From contig JAAZBN010000214.1 of the NCBI GenBank assembly GCA_012513795.1, forward strand, positions 1-45,477: 45,477 bases of DNA, given 5' to 3'. This DNA comes from Bacteroidales bacterium (lineage in GTDB: Bacteria > Bacteroidota > Bacteroidia > Bacteroidales > VadinHA17). Positions within the stretch are counted from its first letter, which is position 1, and each line of letters starts with the position of its first letter. The notes beneath the pieces were generated by a model, which worked only from the letters and a program-made list of their open reading frames with translations, did no database searches and was not told where the DNA came from. A program made the position numbers and the translations under genes. This document shows, in pieces, positions 36,582-45,476 of the stretch.

Positions 36582-36827
36582 TTAGCGGGCAAGCATACTC
36601 TCTGCAAGATCAAGAATTGTAGTGTCTTCTATAGTGACTATGCCCCCTTCGGGTCCTTTTTCAATATGGATCCCGGCACTCTGCCCGCGATCAAAGTTCC
36701 AGCCTCCGAAATAGTTCCTGACGGTCTCCTCCTCCATGTCAAGCTTGTCAGCTATCTTTCTTATACTCCCGTCAGGAAGCCGGTCCTTGATCTTCCTCAA
36801 CTGTGAAAATGTCAGTGTTCGTGCCAT
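36582..36827 (-). CDS. Small putative DNA-binding (HTH-like) protein
   Basis: LPDGSIRKIADKLDMEEETVRNYFGG is HTH-like; flanked by its own -7 box (36852-36859, TATCTTTG) and terminator. Confidence 0.75.
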   Translation of the reverse strand: MARTLTFSQLRKIKDRLPDGSIRKIADKLDMEEETVRNYFGGWNFDRGQSAGIHIEKGPEGGIVTIEDTTILDLAESMLAR

Positions 36828-36915
36828 GATTTATAATGGATAGGTTTTGTTCAAAGATACTAAAAATTAGTTGCAGCGAGAAATTTAAACAGGGCTTTAA
36901 AGTTATTTTAACATT

Positions 36916-37353
36916 TTAAAATTCAAGAGATTGAATATTACGGATAATATATACGTCGTAATCGCCAAGGTACTCAAAACCTGCCTTTTTGTAAAGTCTG
37001 ACGGCGGTCTCATTGGTTCTGTGTACCTCAAGCTTGATCTGGTATCCCTTTTCCTTTGCAATGCGAAGTGATTCGCGGAGAAGACTTGCCGCGAGGCCCT
37101 TTCCCTGGTGCTCCGGGATTATCCCGAAATGGTGCAGGTATAGCCGTCGCCCGTCGAAGGTGATCCATGAAGTGCCTGTAATCCTTTCCCCTTCGCTGTC
37201 ATCGCTGAGCATCACCAGCATTGCCCCTCCCATGGCTATGCTTCGTTCTACGGTATTTTCATCATCGCCTCTCTCAGGCCTGCTCAGCCCTGTGGCACTC
37301 CATACCTCCATTATGCCCGGGAAATCACCCTTGCGGTACTCTCTTATTTTCAT
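36916..37353 (-). CDS. GNAT N-acetyltransferase
   Basis: FGIIPEHQGKGLA (motif A), LEVHRTNETAVRLYKKAGF. Confidence 0.88.
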   Translation of the reverse strand: MKIREYRKGDFPGIMEVWSATGLSRPERGDDENTVERSIAMGGAMLVMLSDDSEGERITGTSWITFDGRRLYLHHFGIIPEHQGKGLAASLLRESLRIAKEKGYQIKLEVHRTNETAVRLYKKAGFEYLGDYDVYIIRNIQSLEF

Positions 37354-37407
37354 CCTTGCCTGCTCAGCAAAAAGTGACAGTTATTCAATCTTACGGGAGG
37401 CCGGTTT

Positions 37408-38850
37408 CTATTTTTCCGACTCATCAGCCACCACATACAGCTGTCCCTGCTCCTCCCTTCTCACCACTATCTTTGCGCCTCTGGCGATGAAACCTGTCTC
37501 CGCCACAGCCGGGTAGACATCATCACCTATCATGACCTTTCCTGACGGGCGCAATACGGTGTGTGCCGTACCACTCTGCCCGACCACCGACTGCAGTCTG
37601 CCGGTATCAAAACTGACAAATCCGTCAGCCTGGTTGACTGAGGTTTCCAGCGCCAGGCTGCCGAAGAGCCTGTTGGGGGCAAAGAGCTTTCGCGAGAGCC
37701 ACAGCGAGATAATGAACGCAAGCAGTGCCGCAAGCAGAACAATGGCGAAGGCTCCGACAATCTCCCTTACACCGTCAACGGAGGGGCCGAACCTGAATAC
37801 TATCTTGTCAATCATTACCAGTGCCAGCCCGGTCACTATTCCTATTACTCCCAGGACGCCTGTCACCCCGAAGCCGGGCACAGCGAAGATCTCTACCAGG
37901 AGAAGTATAATTCCTGCGATAAATATCACGATGTGCCAGTTGGCTGCAATGCCTTCAAGATAGAGGGGAGCGAAGTAGAGAACAGCAGCGAAGATGGCTG
38001 CTGCCAGTGGGAAACCCACCCCGGGGCTTTGCAGTTCGAAGTAGATGCCCCCGATGATCAGCATGATCAGCAGGCCGGAGACCACCGGGTTGACCAGCAG
38101 CATTATGATCCGGTCTACCAATGTCAGCTTCAGCTCTTTTATTACATACTCTTTTATTCCTGCGCTCTGCATGACCTCATCCACCGTCTCAGCCTGACCC
38201 TCGCAGAATCCGTAATCTATAGCCTCCAGTGCAGTCAGCGTCAGCACCTGCCCGGTATCCACTATCCCCTCGAGAACTATTGAGGGGTCAACCATTGCCT
38301 GGGCTATCTCGGGGTCACGGTGCCAGACCCATGTGGTGTCACCGTTCTCCACCAACGCCTTCTTGCCATGGGCCTCGGCCGTGGCTCTCATCATGCCCCG
38401 CATGAACGACTGGTACTTATCAGGCATCTTCTGGCCGGTCTGGTCAACCACGGTGGCGGCACCAATGCTTGCCCCGGAGCGCATATATATGCTGTCAGCC
38501 GAAATAGCTATCAGGGCACCCGCCGAGATAGCCTGGTTATCTATGAAGACCAGTACAGGTATGTCATAGTTGAGAATAAGTGTTCGCATGGAGTCAGCTA
38601 TGTCAACCTGCCCGCCGTAGGTGTTCATGTGTATCAGCATGAAGTCGGCATCAATTGAGTCAGCCTCGTCAAAACTCTTCTTGACGCTGCGCCAGAGAGG
38701 AGCGGCAATGTTCTTTTTAATGTCACATTTGTACACCACTGCTGTGGTGTCCGGTCCGGTCTGGGTGGCGGAAAATACCGGTAATGCATACAGCATGGCT
38801 GCTGCCCCTATGGCAATCAGTCCGCTCAGTCTGACAATTGGTCTTTTCAT
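37408..38850 (-). CDS. nfeD: NfeD-family membrane-bound serine protease
   Basis: MNTYGG, AISAGALIA, IGAA, TM block (FELQSPG, EIFAVPGFGV), C-terminal LRPSGKV OB-fold. Confidence 0.88.
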   Translation of the reverse strand: MKRPIVRLSGLIAIGAAAMLYALPVFSATQTGPDTTAVVYKCDIKKNIAAPLWRSVKKSFDEADSIDADFMLIHMNTYGGQVDIADSMRTLILNYDIPVLVFIDNQAISAGALIAISADSIYMRSGASIGAATVVDQTGQKMPDKYQSFMRGMMRATAEAHGKKALVENGDTTWVWHRDPEIAQAMVDPSIVLEGIVDTGQVLTLTALEAIDYGFCEGQAETVDEVMQSAGIKEYVIKELKLTLVDRIIMLLVNPVVSGLLIMLIIGGIYFELQSPGVGFPLAAAIFAAVLYFAPLYLEGIAANWHIVIFIAGIILLLVEIFAVPGFGVTGVLGVIGIVTGLALVMIDKIVFRFGPSVDGVREIVGAFAIVLLAALLAFIISLWLSRKLFAPNRLFGSLALETSVNQADGFVSFDTGRLQSVVGQSGTAHTVLRPSGKVMIGDDVYPAVAETGFIARGAKIVVRREEQGQLYVVADESEK

Positions 38851-39614
38851 GGGATTATCTTTAGTTCCTTAATGTAATCAATGAACCGTGTAAGGGCTTC
38901 CCGCTTTCTGTCATCCAGGCGGTAGTCCATATTATGGTTAAGATAGAATATGACCTCTTCATGCGTAGCCACCGTGCCCTCTTTCAGAAGGGCCACTGAC
39001 TCGTTCCTCCTTGCCAGTCCATCGCCCAGCGCCCTGTTGAAGAGGGTGGTGAACCGTTCCGGCAACAGCCTGGCTGAAACCCAGCAGGCAAAGACAAAGG
39101 GCAGTCCGGTGAACTCCTTCCACTCCAGTCCCAGGTCAAGGCGGTATCTGAAATAGCGGGCATATTCAAAACAGCGGTCGCCTATCATCACAGCAGCCTC
39201 GCCGTGCTGCATGGATGTGATATCAAACTCCTCTGGCGCCGGAAACCACCTGTACTCCCGCTTCCAGGCTTTCGCTGCCAGGATACGGCAGAGAGTCACT
39301 GAACTGCGCGACCGGTAATCGAGATAGATGGTGCTGATCTCCTCAAACGATGTGTTGCTCACAAGCAGAACCGTACGAACCTCGCCGTTGGTGCTCAGAC
39401 AGTAATCGCCCACGAGATGATACTCATCCATGGCAGCAATCATTGCCACAGGGATAAGCCCCAGGTCACTCGTTCCTGCAATGAGCCTGTCAGCGCACTC
39501 CGAGGGGTGGCATACCTCAAGGTCAATCATGCCGGCCACTTCACCGTCGCGAAGACCGATCATAAACGGATAGCTGTTGATGTACTTGACCGCAGAAACC
39601 CTTATCTTTTCCAT
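38847..39614 (-). CDS. mqnA: Chorismate dehydratase, futalosine pathway (MqnA/MqnD family)
   Basis: VSAVKYINSYP, DLGLIPV, SRSSVTL, MIGDRC, DLGLEWKEFTGLPFVFACW. Confidence 0.8.
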   Translation of the reverse strand: MEKIRVSAVKYINSYPFMIGLRDGEVAGMIDLEVCHPSECADRLIAGTSDLGLIPVAMIAAMDEYHLVGDYCLSTNGEVRTVLLVSNTSFEEISTIYLDYRSRSSVTLCRILAAKAWKREYRWFPAPEEFDITSMQHGEAAVMIGDRCFEYARYFRYRLDLGLEWKEFTGLPFVFACWVSARLLPERFTTLFNRALGDGLARRNESVALLKEGTVATHEEVIFYLNHNMDYRLDDRKREALTRFIDYIKELKIIP

Positions 39615-39676
39615 CTCAATATTTCATTCCCCGCATAAATGCAAAGGTTCAATTTTTTTAGACCAGTACAAAATAC

Positions 39677-39684
39677 TATTTTTG
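39677..39684 (+). promoter_or_regulatory. -7 box for the purB operon
   Basis: TATTTTTG 43 bp upstream of ATG. Confidence 0.45.
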
Positions 39685-39727
39685 ATTTTTGATTCACAGG
39701 TAAAACCGTGGTTAGGAAAGGGACAAA

Positions 39728-41065
39728 ATGGACCGTTTAATGGCAATTTCACCGGTCGACGGCCGCTACGGGGAGAGGGTCAGGGAACTGATACCCTTCT
39801 TTTCGGAGTTCGGGTTGATGCGCTATCGCGTGATGGTGGAAACTGAATACTTCATTGCACTGTCACAGGAGCATCTGCCGCAGTTTGATGGATTCCCCGC
39901 AGAGGGTGAGAGGGAACTCCGTGCACTGTGCTGCTCCTTTTCACCGGCTGACGCTGAATATATCAAACAGCAAGAGATCGTTACCAACCATGATGTAAAA
40001 GCAGTAGAGTATTTCGTAAAGGAGAAGGTGTCGGCCATGGGACTTGGGCGGTGGTCGGAGTTCGTCCATTTCGGCCTGACCTCCCAGGATATCAATAATA
40101 CTGCCATGCCAATGGCCATTCGTGATTCAGTCAGGGAGGTGCTCAATCCCATGCTGTTAACTCTTCGCGATGCGCTAAAAGCCATGGGCGCAGAATGGGC
40201 AGATATTCCCATGCTGGCACGTACCCATGGCCAGCCTGCAACTCCTACCAGACTGGGCAAGGAGATGGCTGTCTTTACTGAAAGGCTTGACAATGAGCTT
40301 TCAACTCTTGAAAGCATGAAATACAGTGGCAAGTTTGGCGGCGCCACAGGAAACTTCAATGCCCACAGGGTGGCATACCCGCAGATCAACTGGCCGGTGT
40401 TCGCGGATAAATTGCTCAGGGAAAAGCTGAGCCTGGAGCGACAACAGACTACTACTCAAATAGAACACTATGACGGACTGGCTGAGCTCTTTAACAGTAT
40501 CAGCCGCATTAATACAATTATTACTGACCTCTGCAGGGACATGTGGAGTTATATCTCACTCGACTACTTCAAGCAGACTATTGTCAAAGGTGAGGTGGGT
40601 TCATCGGCCATGCCCCACAAGGTTAACCCGATAGACTTTGAGAACGCGGAGGGGAACCTGGGGGTGGCTAACGCTCTACTTGGACACCTCGCGGCCAAGC
40701 TGCCGGTATCAAGGTTACAGCGTGACCTCACAGACTCTACTGTCATAAGAAATACCGGTGTAGCCATGGCTCACTCACTTATAGCATGGAAGTCAGTTAA
40801 GAAGGGATTGTCAAAGCTGATAGTCAATCATGAAAAGATCCGTAGTGACCTGGAGGAGAACTGGGTTGTGGTTGCTGAGGCACTGCAGACCATTCTGCGC
40901 AGGGAGGGTTACCCACAGCCCTATGAGACACTCATGGCACTTACAAGGACTAACGAGAAAATCACCGGAGAGACCATCAGAAGGTTCATTGACACCCTTG
41001 ATGTCAGTGATGCCGTGAAAGATGAGATGAAGGCTGTCACCCCGTTCAATTACACCGGTTTCTGA
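39728..41065 (+). CDS. purB: Adenylosuccinate lyase
   Basis: AISPVDGRY, TNHDVKAVEY, HFGLTSQD, ARTHGQPA, GSSAMPHKVNPIDFEN, SRLQRDLTDS. Confidence 0.97.
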   Translation: MDRLMAISPVDGRYGERVRELIPFFSEFGLMRYRVMVETEYFIALSQEHLPQFDGFPAEGERELRALCCSFSPADAEYIKQQEIVTNHDVKAVEYFVKEKVSAMGLGRWSEFVHFGLTSQDINNTAMPMAIRDSVREVLNPMLLTLRDALKAMGAEWADIPMLARTHGQPATPTRLGKEMAVFTERLDNELSTLESMKYSGKFGGATGNFNAHRVAYPQINWPVFADKLLREKLSLERQQTTTQIEHYDGLAELFNSISRINTIITDLCRDMWSYISLDYFKQTIVKGEVGSSAMPHKVNPIDFENAEGNLGVANALLGHLAAKLPVSRLQRDLTDSTVIRNTGVAMAHSLIAWKSVKKGLSKLIVNHEKIRSDLEENWVVVAEALQTILRREGYPQPYETLMALTRTNEKITGETIRRFIDTLDVSDAVKDEMKAVTPFNYTGF

Positions 41066-41071
41066 CCCGAG

Positions 41072-42895
41072 ATGAAGAGTATCAGGATACTTCTGCAGTA
41101 CCTCAGGCCTTACAAATGGCTCGCCGTGCAGAATATGGGATTTAACATCCTCAGTGCATTCTTCGCCCTCTTTACCTATACATTGATCGTCCCGTTCCTT
41201 CAGATACTGTTCAACAGGGTGGAGGCCGTTCCTGACCCGGGACCCTTTGCCTTTTCTGCTTCATATATCAAGGACTGGGCAAACTGGTACTTCTCTTCAT
41301 CCATAGACCGTTACGGCGAGATGAGAACCCTCCTTGTCGTGGTCATTGTCTTTGCTGCAGCCAGCTTCATCAAAAACCTGCTCATATTCCTTGCCAACAA
41401 CTGCATGGCCAGCCTCCGGGCAGGTACCGTCAGGGACGTCAGGAACCGGGTCTATAACAAGATATTGAAACTGCCGCTCTCATACTTCTCCGAAGCACGC
41501 AAGGGCGACCTGATGACCAGGGTGTCAAACGACGTTCAGGAGATAGAGGTGTCAGTGATGTCATCGCTCTCAATGCTCTTCCGTGATCCTTTTACCATCA
41601 TTATCTTCGTTACCTATCTCATTGTCACCAGCCCCCAGCTTACTCTCTTTGCGTTGCTCATGCTCCCCCTCAGCGGCTGGGCCATTGCACGTATCAGCCG
41701 CAGCCTCAAGAGCGCATCATTCATTGGGCAACAGGCACTGGGAAGGCTGCTGTCAGTGATGGAGGAGACACTTACGGGACTGCGCATCATAAAAGGATTC
41801 AATGCCGAGGAGAAGATGACTCGCCAGTTTGGCCTTGCCAACGAAAAGTTCACAAAAACCTTCCGGCGTGTGGCAAGGAAAGCCTATCTGGCACACCCTG
41901 TCAGCGAGTTCCTCTCCACTATAGTGCTGCTTATTGTAATCTATTACGGGGGTTACCTGGCATTGAAGGGGACCGGCAACATGTCTCCTGACAGACTGAT
42001 AGCGTTCGTGGTGGTCTTCTCCCAGATAATCCAGCCTGCCAAAGCTATCTCCAGCGCATGGTTCAGCATCCAGAAGGGAATGGCATCAATTGACCGTATC
42101 AACGAGGTGATGAATGCTGGTGAGACTATCACCGAGAAGCCTGATGCCATCAGGCTCACCGCCTTCAGGGAGAGCATTGAGTTCAGGAATGTGTGGTTTG
42201 CCTATAACCATGAACCGGTACTGAAAGATATCTCGCTCACAATCAGAAAGGGTCAGACGGTGGCGGTGGTAGGCCGTTCCGGCGGAGGAAAATCGACCCT
42301 GGTAGACCTGATACCGCGGTTCATTGATCCTGACAGTGGGGCAGTTTATATTGACGGAGTTGACCTGCGCGACGTGAACATCAAGGACCTGCGGCACCTG
42401 ATGGGTATTGTGAGCCAGCAGGCCATACTCTTCAATGACACCTTTTATAATAATATATCCTTTGCCCTGAACGGTGATGCAGGCATGGAGAGTGTGGTCA
42501 GGGCAGCAACGATAGCCAATGCGCACGAATTCATCAGTGAGACGCCGGAAGGATATCAGAACACAGTGGGTGAAGGGGGCAACAAGCTCAGCGGAGGCCA
42601 GAGACAGAGAATAAGCATCGCAAGAGCCATCATGGCCAATCCCCCTGTGCTGATCCTTGATGAGGCTACCTCGGCTCTCGATACCGAGTCGGAACGGCTT
42701 GTCCAGGATGCCATGCTAAGGCTGATGGAGAACCGCACTTCAGTAGTCATAGCCCACAGGCTCTCTACCATCCAGCATGCTGACCTGATAGTGGTTGTGG
42801 AGGAAGGCCGCATTGCGGAACAGGGCACCCATGAGGAGCTTATCAGGAACCCCTCGGGCATCTACAGAAAGCTGTACGAGATGCAGACCTTTTAG
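41072..42895 (+). CDS. ABC exporter, fused TMD-NBD (MsbA-like)
   Basis: N-terminal TM domain; GRSGGGKST, LSGGQRQR, LILDEATSALD, AHRLST. Confidence 0.92.
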   Translation: MKSIRILLQYLRPYKWLAVQNMGFNILSAFFALFTYTLIVPFLQILFNRVEAVPDPGPFAFSASYIKDWANWYFSSSIDRYGEMRTLLVVVIVFAAASFIKNLLIFLANNCMASLRAGTVRDVRNRVYNKILKLPLSYFSEARKGDLMTRVSNDVQEIEVSVMSSLSMLFRDPFTIIIFVTYLIVTSPQLTLFALLMLPLSGWAIARISRSLKSASFIGQQALGRLLSVMEETLTGLRIIKGFNAEEKMTRQFGLANEKFTKTFRRVARKAYLAHPVSEFLSTIVLLIVIYYGGYLALKGTGNMSPDRLIAFVVVFSQIIQPAKAISSAWFSIQKGMASIDRINEVMNAGETITEKPDAIRLTAFRESIEFRNVWFAYNHEPVLKDISLTIRKGQTVAVVGRSGGGKSTLVDLIPRFIDPDSGAVYIDGVDLRDVNIKDLRHLMGIVSQQAILFNDTFYNNISFALNGDAGMESVVRAATIANAHEFISETPEGYQNTVGEGGNKLSGGQRQRISIARAIMANPPVLILDEATSALDTESERLVQDAMLRLMENRTSVVIAHRLSTIQHADLIVVVEEGRIAEQGTHEELIRNPSGIYRKLYEMQTF

Positions 42896-42921
42896 GATTT
42901 GCGATTTGCGATTGTCGATTT
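42894..42921 (-). repeat. Heptamer tandem array (AAATCGC-like on the minus strand, 4 units)
   Basis: Plus strand AGGATTT GCGATTT GCGATTG TCGATTT, starting at the ABC gene stop codon. Confidence 0.65.
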
Positions 42922-42995
42922 TCGTCGTAGACGATACAGAATTGTATATGGCTGTGAAATACCATTAAATTCGTCGTAGACGATACAGAATTGTA
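42920..42995 (+). repeat. Two copies of the 27-bp stem-GTA-stem-CAGAATTGTA element (42920-42946, 42969-42995)
   Basis: TTCGTCGTAGACGATACAGAATTGTA (26 bp) repeated exactly, with a 23-bp spacer. Confidence 0.85.
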
Positions 42996-43037
42996 AAAAT
43001 GTTATCTTCGTGAATATACCTGAATAAATCAACAGCT

Positions 43038-43544
43038 ATGGATACAAAAACCACCACTGACATTCTGAAGGAAGCCATCCTGCTTGAACACCGGGGCAGG
43101 GCATTCTATACCAGCGTTGCTGCCCAGACCGGCTGCGATGCTGTGAGGAGGATATTTACAATCATTGCGAACGAGGAGCAGGAGCACATTCGCTTCCTGT
43201 CAGATCAGTTCAGACACTATCAGAAGCATCACTCCTTTATGAATTTGGAATCACATACAGGCCGGCCGGATGATGAGGTTGCTACCCAGGTCCTCTCCGA
43301 AGAGATGAAGGGTCAGATCAGTGCTGCAGGATTTGAAGCCGCTGCCATCAGTGCTGCAATGGATTTTGAATCAAAGGCCGTTGAGCTCTACTCATCGCGA
43401 GCGGAGGCAGCCACTGACGAGAATGAGAAAGCACTTTACTGCATGCTGGCGGACTGGGAAAGGGGGCACCACCAGTGGCTGGCCCGGATTGATAAGGAAC
43501 TGAGGGAGCAGGTGTGGTACGATAATAATTTCTGGCCCTTCTAG
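43038..43544 (+). CDS. Ferritin-like (rubrerythrin-type di-iron) protein without rubredoxin domain
   Basis: AILLE...FY...ANEEQEH and AMDFE...LY...ADWERGH: two E...ExxH repeats. Confidence 0.85.
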   Translation: MDTKTTTDILKEAILLEHRGRAFYTSVAAQTGCDAVRRIFTIIANEEQEHIRFLSDQFRHYQKHHSFMNLESHTGRPDDEVATQVLSEEMKGQISAAGFEAAAISAAMDFESKAVELYSSRAEAATDENEKALYCMLADWERGHHQWLARIDKELREQVWYDNNFWPF

Positions 43545-43689
43545 CGAATATTTAAGCCGATTATTTTAGAGAGACAGCATTGCCTGTCTGAGAAGGAGGA
43601 GGGATGGTCATTTCAACTATGGCCCCTGCACTGTTTTTCCTCAGTTATTGCTGCTGATGACGTCCGTCACTCAGTGATTCGAAGGACTC

Positions 43690-44559
43690 TCAAACCATCC
43701 GTCTGAATTTGGCAGGGATCTTCGACTCGAAGCGCATTTCCTTCCCTGTGACCGGATGGATGAATGCCAGCAGGCTTGCATGAAGCCCCAGCCTGCTGAT
43801 GGGACTTGATGATGCCCCGTATTTCTTATCTCCCGCTATACTGTGGCCTGTCTCCTGCATATGAAGCCTTATCTGATTCTTTTTGCCGGTCTCAAGGGTC
43901 ACCTCGAGCAGGGAGTACTCGCTGCCGCTCTTCAGAAGCCTCCATCGGGTTATTGCCAGATCACCTTTCTTAGGATCATTTGTGGAATGCATTATCAGCG
44001 ATTTGCTTTCATAGATGTATGACTTGACGATGCCCTCGGGCTCGGTCACCTTGCCCTCCACCAGGGCCACATAGGTGCGTGCCGTGACATTCCGCTTCCA
44101 GTCGCGCTGCAGGAGGCTCTGCACCTTCTCACTGCGGGCGAACATCATTAGTCCGGAGGTGTCGCGGTCAAGGCGGTGCACGATGAAGATCCTGTTCGAG
44201 GGCTTCTGGCTCTTGACGTAGGTGCTGAGTATGTTGTATGCTGTCAGGTACTTCTCATTGTCGGAGGCCATTGAGAGGAGGCCGGCATTCTTGTCAATGA
44301 CTATGAGGTGCTCATCTTCATATACGAGGCGCATGTTGCGTGCCATCAGCCCGCCGGTATGCCTGGCGGCGGAGATGACTACGGTGTCGCCCGGCTTCAG
44401 CTCATGGTTGAACTGTGTCACCGGCTCACCGTTGACCAGCACCTGGCGGTTACGCAGGAGCGACTTGATGTTGTCACGACTCTTGTTTGAAAGTGAGCTG
44501 AGGAGAAAGGGCATCAGTGTCGACGGTTCGGTAATTGTATAGGATATCTCTTTTATCAT
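43690..44559 (-). CDS. RluA-family pseudouridine synthase with S4 domain
   Basis: IDKNAGLLS, VHRLDRDTSGL, LETGKKNQIRLH, GDKKYG, LHA; -7 box TATCTTTG at 44576-44583 (minus). Confidence 0.93.
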   Translation of the reverse strand: MIKEISYTITEPSTLMPFLLSSLSNKSRDNIKSLLRNRQVLVNGEPVTQFNHELKPGDTVVISAARHTGGLMARNMRLVYEDEHLIVIDKNAGLLSMASDNEKYLTAYNILSTYVKSQKPSNRIFIVHRLDRDTSGLMMFARSEKVQSLLQRDWKRNVTARTYVALVEGKVTEPEGIVKSYIYESKSLIMHSTNDPKKGDLAITRWRLLKSGSEYSLLEVTLETGKKNQIRLHMQETGHSIAGDKKYGASSSPISRLGLHASLLAFIHPVTGKEMRFESKIPAKFRRMV

Positions 44560-44665
44560 GTTCGGATTGCTGCCGCAAAGATAGCACAGAATGTGGGATT
44601 ACTCTCCCGACACTTGTGTGTCGGGATCGTGATCCCTTGCGGATGAACCTGCAGACCAAAGCACT

Positions 44666-44703
44666 CACTCATGCACTGTGATGCATGAGTGTCTTTTTAT
44701 TTT
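44666..44703 (+). terminator. Plus-strand terminator-like hairpin with no annotated upstream plus-strand gene
   Basis: CACTCATGCA-CTGTGA-TGCATGAGTG followed by TCTTTTTATTTT. Confidence 0.55.
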
Positions 44704-44744
44704 CCGTCATCACCCACCCGGGCAAGCCCGGTCCGGTATGCCGG

Positions 44745-44780
44745 AAAATAAAAAACCTGTTCCGTCAAGGACGGAACAGG
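44745..44780 (-). terminator. Intrinsic terminator of tRNA-Ser
   Basis: Minus strand CCTGTTCCGTC-CTT-GACGGAACAGG-TTTTTTATTTT. Confidence 0.8.
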
Positions 44781-44794
44781 AGTGCTTTGGTCTG

Positions 44795-44881
44795 CGGAGA
44801 AAGAGGGATTCGAACCCCCGGTCCAGTCGCCCGGACAACGGTTTTCAAGACCGCCGCAATCGACCACTCTGCCATTTCTCC
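44795..44881 (-). tRNA. tRNA-Ser(TGA)
   Basis: GGAGAAATGGCAGAGTGGTCGATTGCGGCGGTCTTGAAAACCGTTGTCCGGGCGACTGGACCGGGGGTTCGAATCCCTCTTTCTCCG: anticodon TGA, long variable arm, G discriminator, CCA not encoded; -7 box TATATTTG at 44924-44931 (minus). Confidence 0.95.
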
Positions 44882-45151
44882 CTGCGGAACCCTGAAGAGT
44901 TTCTCCTAAAGGTTCAGCGGGTGCAAATATAATCTTTTTTTATTTTTCTCCCCGGAGTGAAAAAAATTAAGATTAAGCAACCACTCAGACCACTCTCTGA
45001 TCCCCCTTAAATGCGGGTATGACACGGTTCCGGAGGCCCCTGGCGCCACCAGGCAGCTGTTTTTTGACCTGAAAAGCTCTCATTTGTAATAAAAATCAGC
45101 GTTTCAGGCATAAAAAAGGGTCTAAAAACTTGCTTTTGAATAAGAATGGAA

Positions 45152-45159
45152 TAAATTTG
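45152..45159 (+). promoter_or_regulatory. -7 box for HU
   Basis: TAAATTTG with CTTG 19 bp upstream. Confidence 0.5.
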
Positions 45160-45203
45160 TAGGCAATTAGAGATTTTGGTCTAACCCTAAAATTGAATTG
45201 ATT

Positions 45204-45476
45204 ATGACAAAAAAGGAATTAGTAAGCAGCATTGCAAAAAAAGCAGGACTTTCACTTAAAGATGCCAACATTGCTCTGAACGCTTTCGTAGGCGCATTCG
45301 GTGATGCCATGAAAAAAGGCCAGAGGATTCAGCTCCCCTCAATGGGTACCTTCAAAGTTGAGAAGAGAAGTGCAAGAGTTGTCCGTAACCCGCGCACCGG
45401 AGCCAAACTGAATGTCCCGGCTAAGAAAGTCGTTAAGTTCAAAGCTGCACCGGCTCTTACAAAAGGCCTGAAGTAA
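45204..45476 (+). CDS. hup: DNA-binding protein HU
   Basis: MTKKELVSSIA, GTFKVEKRSARVVRNPRTG, VPAKKVVKFKA. Confidence 0.93.
   Translation: MTKKELVSSIAKKAGLSLKDANIALNAFVGAFGDAMKKGQRIQLPSMGTFKVEKRSARVVRNPRTGAKLNVPAKKVVKFKAAPALTKGLK

Larger units (their letters stand above)
44651..44795. repeat. Perfect 16-bp inverted repeat (44651-44666 / 44780-44795)
   Basis: GCAGACCAAAGCACTC and its reverse complement GAGTGCTTTGGTCTGC; the right copy is the tRNA discriminator base plus 3' trailer. Confidence 0.85.

Noticed and set aside
36608-36621. GATCAAGAATTGTA matching the hairpin-element tail
   Set aside because: Lies inside a coding sequence and has no preceding stem-GNA-stem; likely chance.
42921-42995. 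Mini CRISPR array (26-bp palindromic repeat, 23-bp spacer)
   Set aside because: Only two repeats, a short spacer, no cas genes or leader, and related units occur elsewhere in inverted orientation.
43572-43589. AGACAG-CATTGC-CTGTCT hairpin as terminator or REP
   Set aside because: 6-bp stem, no U-tract, single copy; insufficient support.
44678-44932. ORFs 44678-44932 and 44685-44909
   Set aside because: Antisense to tRNA-Ser and its terminator; typical spurious calls.
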